Assembly: GCA_028534125.1 (NCBI GenBank)
Contig: CM052817.1
Coordinates: forward strand, 57,414,001 to 57,478,000
Direction of reading: 5' to 3'
Length of the DNA: 64,000 nucleotides
Source of the DNA: Lama glama
Lineage: Eukaryota
Both the position numbers and the translations under genes were made by a program. The notes beneath the pieces were generated by a model. That model was not told where the DNA came from and did no database searches. It was given only the letters and a program-made list of their open reading frames with translations. Numbering within the stretch: the stretch's first letter is position 1; each line of letters starts with the position of its first letter. Below are positions 26,007 through 39,999 of the stretch, piece by piece.

Positions 26007-26135
26007 TGTTTGGTTTTTTGGGGGGAGGAGGTAATTAGGTTTATTTACTTTTCTAATGGAGGTACTGGAGATTGAACTCGGGACCTCGTGCATGCTAATA
26101 AGCACAGGCTGTACCACTGAGCTATACCCTCCCCC
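26007..26135 (-). mobile_element. tRNA-Ala-derived SINE (Vic-1-like)
   Basis: Reverse complement of ggggagggtatagctcagtggtac...; TSD gtttgccttttta at 25994-26006 and 26141-26153. Confidence 0.9.
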
Positions 26136-26839
26136 ATATAGTTTGCCTTTTTAAATGAGAGAAATTAGGACAGTATTCACTACTGGCCTCAACCCAAGGA
26201 AACTGAATTTCTTCTTACTCCATCTTTCTGAATCCCTTCATGACACACACAGGGATAGGCAGCAAATTTTGTCATAACAATGACAGCAGCATGTATTTGA
26301 AAGGCATTTTTGCTCTCAGGTCTTTACTAAATCATTTGATGAACTCTTAGCCATCAGGACAAAGTAATGGTATTGGCTGTGGACTCATCCTGTTATTTCC
26401 CATTGATGAGACTATTGTAGGAAGAGCTCCAGGAGTTGGGCTCTTACCCAAGGTCCCAAGTATCAGACCTAGCACTGGGTGATAGTTTGTCAAACATGGC
26501 ATATGGCAACCAAGTGCCAGCCTTGAGAAGCAGAATTTACAAGGGCTTGTGTGAAGGATGGTAGCCAGTGGCAGGAAATTATGACAATTTGTATTTCCCA
26601 AGCATGCAGAAAAATGTATTAATTTAAAATACATAAACCTAGAGGGAAACTGATAGGAATAAGTAAAAGAGAATTTATATTTTACATACATATTCAGGAA
26701 AGGGTAACATGGAAATGGTTAGGTTTAATCCAGTTAGAAAGTCTGATGTATGCCCTGTGCAATTCTAGGAATGTTAGCCACTTCCAAGTTGATGGTTCAG
26801 TGCAGAGAACTCACACTATCCGCACTCCTTTTTTTGCAG

Positions 26840-26956
26840 GTAAAAAGGGGTCACTATGGAGTTCAAAGGACAGAACTCCTGCCTGGTGACCGAGACAACC
26901 TGGCCATTCAGACCCGGGGTGGCCCAGAAAAGCATGAAGTAACTGGCTGGGTGCTG
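26840..26956 (+). CDS. IGFBP7: IGFBP7 exon 3 (117 bp): VKRGHYGVQRTELLPGDRDNLAIQTRGGPEKHEVTGWVL
   Basis: ttttgcag acceptor, gtgagt donor; translation matches IGFBP7. Confidence 0.97.
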
Positions 26957-27607
26957 GTGAGTACTAAGAGCTGCCAAGGATTTCACTCTTAGGATTAGAC
27001 ACAGCAAACTTGGCAACAAGGTGCCTGATGTACTGCCAAGGCTGAAAGAATTTGCCCTTCCACAGTTCTTTGGACTAGTCCTACCTGTTCCTCTTTCAGA
27101 GGAAACTTAAAAAAAAACAGACAGACAAAAAAAGCTGGAGTCTACTGGATGTTTTGGAAACAACCAAAAAATAAAAAAGAACCCTTTTTTTTTTTTTAAA
27201 CCTATGAGTTCAAAGCAAAATCCTCACAGGGAACTAAATAACCCAAACATTTTAATCAATTATTAATAGTTACTTTATTTTACCTGACCTTTGATAGTCA
27301 TGGACATGCATGGATAGTACTTAGATCGTACACCCTTATCCCCAAGGTCTCCCTCAAACTGACATGTGCACCTGTCCAGTTTTTAACCTGTCCAGTGTGA
27401 TCTAAAGTTGGCCATGACTTTTCCTCATAGTAGGAATCTTCCTGGCAGACCAAATACTCCTAGCACAGGATTTACACTATTTCTAGCAGTATCTTTGCCA
27501 TAAGTCCCCTGGTCATCTTAGGCAACTTATAAAATAATGACCTAACTGAAGCCACTGGAAAAAGATGACGGCCATAGAGAAAAAAGATCCTTTTTTTTCC
27601 CCTACAG

Positions 27608-27734
27608 GTATCTCCTCTTAGTAAGGAAGATGCTGGAGAATATGAGTGCCATGCATCCAATAGCCAAGGACAGGCTTCAGCATCAGCAAAAATTACAGTG
27701 GTTGATGCCTTACATGAAATACCAGTGAAAAAAG
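27608..27734 (+). CDS. IGFBP7: IGFBP7 exon 4 (127 bp): VSPLSKEDAGEYECHASNSQGQASASAKITVVDALHEIPVKK(G)
   Basis: ccctacag acceptor, gtaggt donor; Ig-domain D-x-G-x-Y-x-C motif. Confidence 0.97.
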
Positions 27735-28816
27735 GTAGGTAATAAATCTCACAACCATTTAAAAATGACTAGTGCTTTGTTTAATAAGGGACAGAACCAA
27801 GTATGAAAGTATCAGACATTGCTCTTAATGAAATTCTATGTTAGGGATCCACAAGGGAAGGACATTAAGTATGTAATCAAAATGTAGAGTGCACGACTCC
27901 AAAAAAACATTCGCTGGTTGATGGAATGCTATTATTATGACTTCGACGCTTTCACTCTATCTTACACGTATGAGTCAAAACTCAAACCAATTGGAATGGT
28001 TTATATTTCCCGTAACCTTCTATCTTCACAGCATTTTCCTTGGTGTTGTGACCCTTAAATTTCCATTTAAAAAAGAAATGATTGTAGGCAATTCTGGTCC
28101 TTCACTTTGAGCTTTTAATAGGAAAAAGCCAGAAAGAGTATATTGGCAAGTACCCAAGTCTGTTCTGCCTCTATCCACTTCACTGTCAAAAGCTTCCTCT
28201 TAAGCACCCATCCCGGTGGTGTCAGAGTAATGCTACTTTACATTTATATAGTTCTACTAGACTGATGTCTGAATTGGTTTTCCCTTAAGCCAAAAATAAG
28301 AACAAAATTTATTGCCAGCATTTGTCAAAACCATTTCCACTGTGTGGATCACAGCTGTGGTATGAAAGGAAGAAATGTCAAGTAAAGATGTGTTTGGTCA
28401 GGTTCTTTTCAGCCCAGATGTGTAAAGCCAAGTGATGAAACAAACAGAGCAGTAGCTAAGAGTTGTCTGAGTCTAAGCTCTGCCACTAATTATTCCACTT
28501 TAAATTTGGAATGAGTAAGGGAAGTTCCTTAGCCTTCCTGGATCTCACCTTGCTCGTTTGTGAAACGTGCTTCTCCCAGTTCTGTAGTAAGGTCCATCTC
28601 TTACACGCAGACCAGTACAACAAAATCACCTCCACGTCTAACACCGTACAGCTCAAAGACCAAGCACTGCACCAGATCATGTGTACAGTTACTCACACAT
28701 CCTTTATCTCCACATTTTAACATCATCATTTACTTGAAAATGCTAAACTACATCAAATTTTAAAAGTCAACCATGTCCATATGTAACTAATTATCTTTTT
28801 TTTTTTAAATAAACAG

Positions 28817-28836
28817 GTGAAGGTGCTGAGCTGTAA
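28817..28836 (+). CDS. IGFBP7: IGFBP7 exon 5 coding part: (G)EGAEL*
   Basis: T-tract plus aaacag acceptor; GT GAA GGT GCT GAG CTG TAA. Confidence 0.95.
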
Positions 28837-29013
28837 GCCTGCGGAATATATTAGCTTGTTGCATAGCTGAAGTAGTCACGGATCACTCCAACCCCTGTTC
28901 TTGCCTAGTAACCAGTTTCTTTTCATCCAGTCCACTAGTACTTTAGTTATATTCACTGGTTTTACACAGTGAAATAGAAAGTAAAGGTAACACATCAAGA
29001 CTATCTACAAAAA

Positions 29014-29019
29014 TTTATT
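29014..29019 (-). terminator. POLR2B: POLR2B polyadenylation signal AATAAA
   Basis: + strand tttatt; on the - strand it is followed by GU-rich gtcttgatgtgtt. Confidence 0.75.
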
Positions 29020-29065
29020 GCCTATTTACAAAAGAAGAAGAGCATGCTTATCATTAAACAAAACA

Positions 29066-29071
29066 AATAAA
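29066..29071 (+). terminator. IGFBP7: IGFBP7 polyadenylation signal AATAAA
   Basis: AATAAA (plus ATTAAA at 29053 and a second AATAAA at 29138); U-rich tttttgttattttt downstream. Confidence 0.75.
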
Positions 29072-29158
29072 CTGCTTTTCTCACAAGGCAGTACATTTTT
29101 GTTATTTTTAAATCCTTTTTAAAAGCCATATCATAGAAATAAAACACAAAAGACCCAA

Positions 29159-29658
29159 NNNNNNNNNNNNNNNNNNNNNNNNNNNNNNNNNNNNNNNNNN
29201 NNNNNNNNNNNNNNNNNNNNNNNNNNNNNNNNNNNNNNNNNNNNNNNNNNNNNNNNNNNNNNNNNNNNNNNNNNNNNNNNNNNNNNNNNNNNNNNNNNNN
29301 NNNNNNNNNNNNNNNNNNNNNNNNNNNNNNNNNNNNNNNNNNNNNNNNNNNNNNNNNNNNNNNNNNNNNNNNNNNNNNNNNNNNNNNNNNNNNNNNNNNN
29401 NNNNNNNNNNNNNNNNNNNNNNNNNNNNNNNNNNNNNNNNNNNNNNNNNNNNNNNNNNNNNNNNNNNNNNNNNNNNNNNNNNNNNNNNNNNNNNNNNNNN
29501 NNNNNNNNNNNNNNNNNNNNNNNNNNNNNNNNNNNNNNNNNNNNNNNNNNNNNNNNNNNNNNNNNNNNNNNNNNNNNNNNNNNNNNNNNNNNNNNNNNNN
29601 NNNNNNNNNNNNNNNNNNNNNNNNNNNNNNNNNNNNNNNNNNNNNNNNNNNNNNNNNN
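29159..29658. other. Assembly gap (500 N) expected to hide the last two POLR2B coding exons
   Basis: N run; POLR2B frame stops at ...QPMEGRSR; on the - strand a polypyrimidine tract runs into the gap and 3' UTR-like sequence exits it. Confidence 0.9.
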
Positions 29659-29984
29659 AAAAAAAAAAAAAGTCCTCTGAGTAAGTAAACACATTAGAAT
29701 CTCAAGTACAGCATATATAGTTTTCCTCATAAAACACAATAGAGAGTAGAGTCTCTTCAAACTATCATTTAACTTACTAGAATTCAATCTAAATAAAGCA
29801 GCTTTTCCATGAATGAGTCTCCCAGGCAATCAAGCCTGAAATGAAATGCATGTTGGCAAATGTAATGGAAAGAACAGGTTTTCCCAGCATGAAAGTGAAA
29901 TGAAATGCATTGTTCAGATGGATGGTGATGGCTTCCTTAACATTCTTAATATATACAGACTACGTAAGATAACTGAGCTTTTCC

Positions 29985-30680
29985 TAATATTACCAAAAAC
30001 AAATCACTGGTCAACTTTGGAGGATACTACACAACCAACACAACATTTTGAAAACTGGTAAATAAAAGGAAAGAAGCATTTATCTTGTCTTTTACTATAT
30101 GAACTATGTCACCAGGTAACCAGTAGAGGAAAATAAAAGTTTCTCTGAAAATATTCCAACTAATACATGAAGAAGGAATGATAAAATTAGAATCTCATCA
30201 GTTTGCAATTCCTATTTAATTAAGGGTTTTAGGTAACAATCATTAATAGCTGCTAAAAGTCATGAGAGACAACTAGATCTGAAAGTATACAACACTGCCT
30301 TTGAAGTATTGCTGTGAAAGAACACAAACCCTTCCTCTCATCAAGGCTCTAGCTATTTACAGGAAAAATAGAAACACACATCCCAGGAATGCAGTCAACA
30401 AAATCCAGACTAAGAAATCCTCCAGGACCAACAATCCAGTTTAGTCAACAAATAATCTGCAGGGGAAAAAAGTTCGAAGGCAATTTATAGATTAAAAAAA
30501 AACAAAAACAAAAACAAAAACAAAAAACTTGAGATGTATCAATCAATTATAAAGCATGGACCTTATTTGTATCCTGATTAAAACCAACAAACTAAAAAAT
30601 TATGTAATTGTCAGGGAAATTTGAACACTGGATATTTAATAATATTAAGGAGGTACTGTGATTAATTTTTATCCTATTTT
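29985..30680 (+). mobile_element. Old L1M 3' fragment with (CAAAAA)n insert
   Basis: tcagggaaatttgaacactggatatttaataatattaagga and related L1MC/ME 3' motifs. Confidence 0.5.
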
Positions 30681-30686
30681 TTAAAG

Positions 30687-32056
30687 CATGGGTTCTCAAA
30701 TTGTAGTCTGTGGACTCCATGAGGATGAAAACTATTCTTATAATAATACTAACAACATATTTGCTTCTTCCACTGTGTTGACATCTGCACTGATGGTTAC
30801 AAAAGTAACTGAATAAAACTGCTGGCACCTGAATACATGGAGGTGGTAGAACTAAACTTTACTAGTAGTCATATTCTCCACCGTGAGTGAAAGGGGAGAA
30901 AGCCAGTTTTACTTAAGAATGCCATTAATGAAGCAGTAAAAATGATTAGTTTTAATTAACTGACCCTTGAGTATACATCTTTTTAAATATTCTATGATAA
31001 AATGGGAAGTTAAAGGATTTCTGTTCTATAGTGAAGATTGTGATCTTGAAGAAAAGCACTTGCACAATTCTGAACTAGTCACTTTTATTGTGGAATATCT
31101 TTTTCACCTGAAAAAAGAACTGACACCAATTATGTTAACCTACCAACATTAGCACTATGTTAATTTATACTTAGATACCTGGCAGACATTTTTTGAAAAT
31201 GAACAAGGTGAGCTTTTCACTTTAACGAAAACAATTTTAAGTATCTGTTGAAAATGATTAAAAATTTGAATTTTCAATCAAAAGTCAGAATTTTAGAAGA
31301 CCTCTATCTGATGCTATAGGCTTGAAAGCTTCCCAATATTTAAAAGACTTTTCTGATGACACGGCAGTGATATTCACAAATGTGACTTTTTTTGGTATAA
31401 TGAAATATGTCAACATTTGAAAATTTGCATAATTGAATGAACCAGTATTTTCCAAATGACCAATTATGATACTAAAAAATAAAAGATAATATATTAAAAG
31501 TATAAGACAGGCCAATGGATTTTAATAAAAAAGATTCACTTAAGTAGTTTCAGAGTCTACATCACAACTAACCTTTAAAAAAATAAAACTTTTGGTGTAG
31601 CATCAAAAAAAATCCACAATCACCTGAAAATTATTAAAATATGCTTCCCTTTCCAACCACATATCTCTGTGAGGTCCAGTTTTTCTCATATGCTTAAATA
31701 AAATAATAAAATACTGCAATGGGATGAATGCAGAAACAGACCCAAGAATCCACTTTCTTCTCACAAACTAGCTCATTAAAAATACTTGCAAAAAGGTAAA
31801 CCGTCACTCATCACTAAATTTATTTGGAAAATATTTTTCCTTTAGAATGTTATTTATGTACAAGAATCATATCACAATAAAGGTGTTTAAAAAGAATGTT
31901 ATTATGTTAATATATAATGGGCTTACTGTTATTTTTTAAATAAGTATTTTAAGTCTTCCTCAGTTTTAATTTCTAACAGGATAAATATCAAAAAGTACAA
32001 TTCACATAGACAAAAAGCTCTTTGGGGCCCTGGAATCTTGAAGTATGAGAACCATC
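30687..32056. mobile_element. Charlie1-like hAT DNA transposon (about 1.4 kb, non-autonomous)
   Basis: Terminal inverted repeats ggttctcaaa...tgagaacc; internal ccactgtgttgacatctgcactgatggt and tacctggcagacattttttgaaaatgaacaag. Confidence 0.75.
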
Positions 32057-32089
32057 CTTGTATACAACAATGATGATGCAACTCTCTTA

Positions 32090-32365
<276 letters not shown>

Positions 32366-32647
32366 CTATACATTAGAAGTAAAGACAGCAGTTACCTTCT
32401 GGTAGGAGTAGGAAGGTAGTGACTGGAAAGGGACACAGAGGGGGCATCCAGGCATAAAAGGGTTCTGGTAATTTTCTTTTCAATATCTGGGTGCCAGTCA
32501 GACAGTTGTGTTCACTTGTGAAAATTCACCAAGCAGTAAGTTTATGGTTTATGCAAATATTTCAAGTATGCATCATACGTCAGTGAAAGGTTTAATTTTT
32601 AAGAATGGAATCACACACATACAAAAAAGAATACACATAAATTACTA

Positions 32648-32983
<336 letters not shown>

Positions 32984-33673
32984 ATACTTCCTTCTGTCTC
33001 CCTTTAGAAATCTGTGTCAATAAAAATTCAGTTTTTAAAAAGTCCTTTCTAGGAAAGGGGACATTCTGAACTTAAGAATTAAATATATGTTATAGAAAGT
33101 TGTAATATCATAAGGTTCATTCTATTAGCATCTTACATAAAATGTTTATAACAAACTTCTTTACCTAAAAAAATAAAAACAACTCAATCATAAGCCTTCA
33201 ACTAAAAAGCTCTCTGTGAGGCCAGATACAAAAAGAATGAGACTTCCAATGACTCAAGGAAAATGACATTTTAATGCCCTAAAACCAAGCTGTCCATATA
33301 GCTGTAGTCATTCTACCTTAACAAGATACTTAAAAATAGAAAATCTCCACTGAAAGATACACACATAGCTAACAGTGTAAATAAAATGATTAGGTTCACG
33401 CTGAACTAACCACCAAAGAATTATTAACTCTTCATTTATAGAAAACAATCAGTCAAAATAATAAAGATTGGATATAGTAAATTTTACAGAAATTCTGACT
33501 TAGTCAGAACTTTGCATATTTTTGCAAAACAAAAACAAAAACAAAAACAAAAACACTAATAATTTAAAAGCAAGAAAGTATCATACTGGCTTTTTCCAAA
33601 GTACCCTGGCTCAAATATGAAAGAAATCACCTAAAATTTTGGAATAAATATGAATTTGGAACCTATCTTTTTA

Positions 33674-33796
<123 letters not shown>

Positions 33797-34011
33797 CTAT
33801 AAAGGAATTTTTTAAAAGACTTAAAAAAAAAAAAGTTAAATCTCTTAACTACAGAACTAGAACCCACTCCTCCTAATCTGAACTCTTCCATCTCCTAAAT
33901 TCTGTTCAACATATTATGTTCATATACTTAGTCAACACTAAAATTAAAGGTCAAGCCTTCACTACCTTTGGGCTCTTGGTTAAAGCACATTTTGATTTAA
34001 TAAAACGTTCA

Positions 34012-34158
<147 letters not shown>

Positions 34159-34202
34159 TCATATAAAATTAGGTTAATTAAGTTGATCTGGTTTGCTTTC
34201 TA

Positions 34203-34514
<312 letters not shown>

Positions 34515-35462
34515 CTACGATAAAGAAAAAGTTATTTTAAATGTCACATAATCCCCCCAAAATAGATTAAAAACCAAATACATAAATCAGTTCCAAGTCA
34601 GACAGAAGTTCACAAGAATCTCCAACGTGTAGTAATGTGCCCTTATTCCAAATTACAAACTATTCTGAAGTCTAAAAAAGCACTGGACTGAGCACTGGAA
34701 AATCATATTCTCCATTTGCTAAGTGACTTTGGGTAAGTGTGTTGCCATCTTCTTTCTGATCTCTCAATTACATGAGGAAGAGTATCTGTCCTCTACATAC
34801 AATCTCTCACAGAAATTCTGGATTTCTTTTTATATAATCTTAACTCCACTGGACATCAATTCACTACTAATAGAACCACCCATAGGAAATGGAGTAATAA
34901 GAAGATGCCTAAGAAAACAAAACACATTTTACTGCATAAAATACTATTAAGGGTTAAAAATGTAGCAAGGATACCCCATTTCCTGGGACATCCCATCCAT
35001 CCCACTGTATACAGATTCTAAGTGTCTGTAAAAATAGTAACTAGAAAATAAGTTTGAGTTTTCCAGAAGAAACAAAAAGTACTAGGTATCCTCTTATTTA
35101 TTAAACATTTATAAAATATTCCAGCTAGACAAATACTATGGTCACACCACAGTGTGAAGAGGGGGAAGTTCCTATGCAAATACATAAACTGAGGGACAGG
35201 ACACAGTACAAGCGAGAATGGGGGCTGAGGTGTGTCCCATGAAATTACATGACCTCTCCGATTTCCTAAATCCCCTCCTCAATGCAGGACCTAGCAGTAT
35301 GAAAGGACTATAGCAAGCCACTCCTGGATGCAAAGACTTGGCAAACACATTATTTCCTTAAAAATGAGGTCTAGGAATGATAAGGAAATAAACTCTCACA
35401 TGGCAAAAAAAGAAAACCATGGTAAGTTAACTTTGATTTCCATAATTTAAATGTCAGTATCA

Positions 35463-35591
<129 letters not shown>

Positions 35592-36174
35592 CTATTTTTC
35601 CTTAATAATAGGGCTTAGAACATACCAATAATTTTTACTTAGTATCCGGTAGGCAGTTTAAACTATGAATCTAGGACAAGAGTTAACTGAATTAAGGGTC
35701 AAAGTTGAGTCCTAAGAACTATTACACAGGCCACACATGTAATATTTGACCCATAACCTTAAACACAGCTGGAATTATATGTGAGAGTCCAACCTCCTAC
35801 CCAAAACAAGAATCCCTTCCACAATAACCTTCAGACATAATCACCCAGGATCCGCTCCAATATTTCTAATGATAAGCTTATAATATTAAGGTATAACATG
35901 AACCTCTGGTCTTAGTGCTATCCTCTGAAACTATACAGGGGGAAAAAAAAGCCACCCTCTCTTCTAAATTCCCAGTTTTTTAACCAATTTTCATATGCCT
36001 TGGATTTGAGATTAATGTCTGACAGAAAATAATCAAACTGAAGCCTAACAAAAGATTGAAAAAGAAAGTATATTATAATTTTAACAGTAGTTATCTATAG
36101 GCCCTAAAACTATAGGTTTATTTTTTATTTCTTCTTTAGACATTTCTATATTATTGAAATGCAAACATGTATTT

Positions 36175-36359
36175 TTTTTTAACTGATGTATAGTCAGTTT
36201 AAGATGTTGTGTCTATTTCTGGTGTATAGCATGTTTCAATCATCCATACACATACATGTATTCCTTTTCATATTTTTTCATTATAGCTTACTACAAGATA
36301 TTGAATATTGTTCCCTGTGCCATACAGTAGAAACTTGTTTATCTATTTTATATATAGTA
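36175..36359 (-). mobile_element. Short L1 3'-UTR insertion
   Basis: Similar to the 3' UTR of the L1 at 17186; perfect 13-bp TSD caaacatgtattt at 36162-36174 and 36360-36372. Confidence 0.9.
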
Positions 36360-36703
36360 CAAACATGTATTTACTTACAAAAAGGGGGGCTAAAAACATT
36401 AGTACCTGAAAATCACGAGATCAATAGCAGTTGTTTGTGACCATCAACTAGGCCTTCTACTTGCTGGAGTAGGGCACTGATTTCATCACACTAAACCCTA
36501 TACAGGCAACCATACAGCAACATATGCCTGCCAGATATCCATAAAGTTTCATGAATGGAGGCAGAAGATTAAATATCTTAAAAGAAAAATTTCTCTACTG
36601 TCAGATCAAAATTTCTTCCAGACTAACATTCAAAACAACCAAAAAGTCTGGACACACACAAGTCAAACTATTTTTAAACAATTTTTTTTGATCAAAATAT
36701 TCA

Positions 36704-36925
<222 letters not shown>

Positions 36926-39900
36926 TCATATTTGCCATAGATGTTTCTCCATGGTAACTGTCAAGGTCTACTCTTAGAATAACTATCTGTGAGACAACTA
37001 CTCTGGTGGCCTATTGTCTAATATAAGCAAATTCTAATAATAGTCATTCCCAATAGTATTCATTTATATAATCAGTAATTATATATACAAGTCACCTCAT
37101 ATATACAAAGTACCTCCCCCACCCAAGTTTCAATGATTCTCACAGCAACCCTATGCCATAAACAAGGTAAATATTATTATTTTCACTATCAGAAAGCTCT
37201 AATAAAAATCTTATCCATGATCCCAAAGTTAATAAGCAATAAGCTCAAGCCCCAGCTCCTTGTCTCCTGATTTCTGATTCTAAGTCAGGTACTGCCCTGT
37301 TCCTCTTCCCAGCCTTGCTCTGCTCCTAGATCCTCTACCTATGCCACCAAAAAAGTGGCATTATCTTCCCCACCACAATCTCATTTAGATGTTGCTGCCA
37401 AAACTACTTTTGATGAGGCCATAAAGATTTACAGTAACAAGTGTTAAAGAAGAAAAAAAAAGGTGAAAACTCTATAAACTAGTAGATTGCAATGTAAGAA
37501 ATGACTGTTAAATGTGAGGTTTCAATGAACATAATTCATATATATGTCAATCAACAGATTTTCTAAAAATTGAAACACCCAATTCTAAAGCTATAGTTAA
37601 TATCTTGATCTACGTATTTCAAATGTGGAGTAAAAACTATGACTACAGAATACAAAGGAAACAAAATCTGGATGATTGAATGCTTTGGTTATCTAAATTC
37701 TGAATAAAGTTTATATTTGCTTCCCTAAAGCTAAATTCAATTTTCAAAACACAAACCATCCATCAAGAGGAAACACACCATTCATTTACTCTTATGTGTA
37801 GTGCAGGGGTACAAAAGTTGTAACAAGCAGAGTGCAGGTAAGGGGTGGCAGTGCTGATGGTCTCGATCTGGGTCACTAAAGAGACTCGTCCAAGTCCCTG
37901 AGTCCCAATAATTCCCAACCCCAAGGTAGGAATAGATCTGGAGAAAGAGATACATGCAAAAGGCAGGCCCTCCTCCCTAACAAATACATCTGCTCCTTAA
38001 AAGTTCTGTCTGCTGTGCTATAGAAAGCTTTCCACTGGCTATTTCAAAAGCACTGGCCCAAGGGAGCTGATTCCAGTTTTAAACTTGAATTCATTCACAA
38101 CATTGTAAAAAATAAATTCACACAAAAACTTTTTCTTGAAAAATCAGACCTGACATCACTAAGTCTGCATGCACACATTAAAACCATAAGCTGAAGCTGA
38201 ATAGGGCTAACCCCAGTAGAAAGGCGAACCTCTCTTCAATTCCACATACTAACCAATCATGCCTAACCCTGTGGGAATCTGAGACAGCAAGCCCTGTTTA
38301 ACAGATAAGACTAAACACTTTGTGCTAAATGTAACCTTGACTGCTCTCTAAGGAAGAAGGATCGTAGTAACAAGAGGGCATCTATTGTTCTGAGCACCTT
38401 GATGGGTTTATGTATTTAACTTTGAAGCAGGAAAAACTAAAATGCTCTGCTGGGAGAGGAAGGGGTATAGGAAATCCTCCAAGGGAAGGGCAGTGTCAGG
38501 GAAGCTTAGTCTTTCCTGGGAAGGGCCAGAGATAAAGTGCCTAGTAGCAGGGAGCCAGAAGGGTTTTTAGAGGTAAAGTCAGTCACCCCTCAAGTGTAAG
38601 ATGAAAACTCCTCTTCAAATCTAAATTACTTCCTCCAAGAAATCTTTAATAATATCCACACTAGTCATCACCTTTTTGTGTGGATTCTCTGAGAAAATTA
38701 GAAGAATTTTAAGTTTCACAAATGGTCAAGTAGCATAATGCAGAGAAACTAGGTAAAGATGCAAGATCTTGAAGGCACGGAGGATCTGAAAAGATGAGAA
38801 TTTGCAGAAATCCCAGGGTCTGGGCATATGTGACATAATCATACTACTAGGGAAGCCTGGAGCAGGACATATGTGACATTTGTGATATGTGGAACAGGCG
38901 AAACTTCCCCAGCATGTCCTCACGTTTCTGTGGAGGGTTGCCTATGGCCCCTCTCCTCCAGCTGCTGACACAGCCTGTAGGTGCTCAACTGTCTTGGTTC
39001 TTGGGGGCTTTCCTCCTCTCCTGTGACAATCCCTGGATCGCCTGCCCACGCATGCTACATCTACTACAGTCCTAGAGGCCACCCCCTCCCTCCATTCTAC
39101 AACCTTTACCCAAGGTTATCTGGGCAAGTCTAAGAGATCAGCTAAATTTAGCTAAAAGTGATCTTCTGGATTATATTTCTGATATTTTCTTCTTAGTTTA
39201 AAAGCCCCAAGTCAAGAAACAATGTAGTGAAAAGGAATGAGCACAAGAAAGGAAAAGGGGTTGGGGGGCCTACATCTGGTCAAAAAGGAAAAAAAAAATA
39301 GACCAGAGTTTACTGGTCTGATTCTGGACTTACACATTTCTTAAGCTGTATAGCTGGGTAATTAACCTTTCTGATCTTATCCCCACATTCGTAAAATAGA
39401 GATGAAACAACCACACCACTATTACTAATCAGCTAACATTTATTCCTCCCTTATTAACTGCTAGTTTTAAGTGGATTTAACCATTTAATCACCACAAAAG
39501 CTTTATGAGGCAGTACAATTATTATTCTCATTTTGTAGGTGAAAAAACATCACAAAGCTTTTATGACGCTTAGAAATAACATATGTAAAAGGTGTTTGGA
39601 TGGTGTTTCACACAAAACTGCTCGATAAATACTATTTTTTAAAAAGTATCTGTGATCTCAAGGACTATAAACATGTGAAATCTAGGATTACAACCCACCT
39701 GTCAGCTAGGTTCAAACTCCTGTCACTTTGTTTCACCCCTGACCCTGGCCTCCAAATCTCAAACCTCAGTGCAGCACTGAAGAGGCTCTAAGTACCCTGA
39801 TCCACTTCTGTCCCATAAGGATCTTTGCTCCCAGAAGATGTCAACCAAGGTAACGGTACTCTATAGAAAAAGGAATGATACTAATCAAAAGAACATAAAC

Positions 39901-39999
39901 TGATTAGCCCCTTCCCATTAGTCAGGGCTCAAAATCTGGCCAATGCAACCAGAGTGTTAGGCAAGGTCAGAGCTACTAATTCAGCCAGAATGGTCAGGA

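Larger units (their letters stand above)
28837..29090 (+). other. IGFBP7: IGFBP7 3' UTR (end approximate)
   Basis: Follows the stop codon; AATAAA at 29066-29071 and a downstream U-rich tract. Confidence 0.75.

Noticed and set aside
29108..29829. Long ORFs spanning the N runs (also 51223-51934)
   Set aside because: Artefacts of translating N as X
38826..38879. 12-bp direct repeat catatgtgacat, two copies
   Set aside because: Only two copies with no array or element structure; compatible with chance or a local duplication
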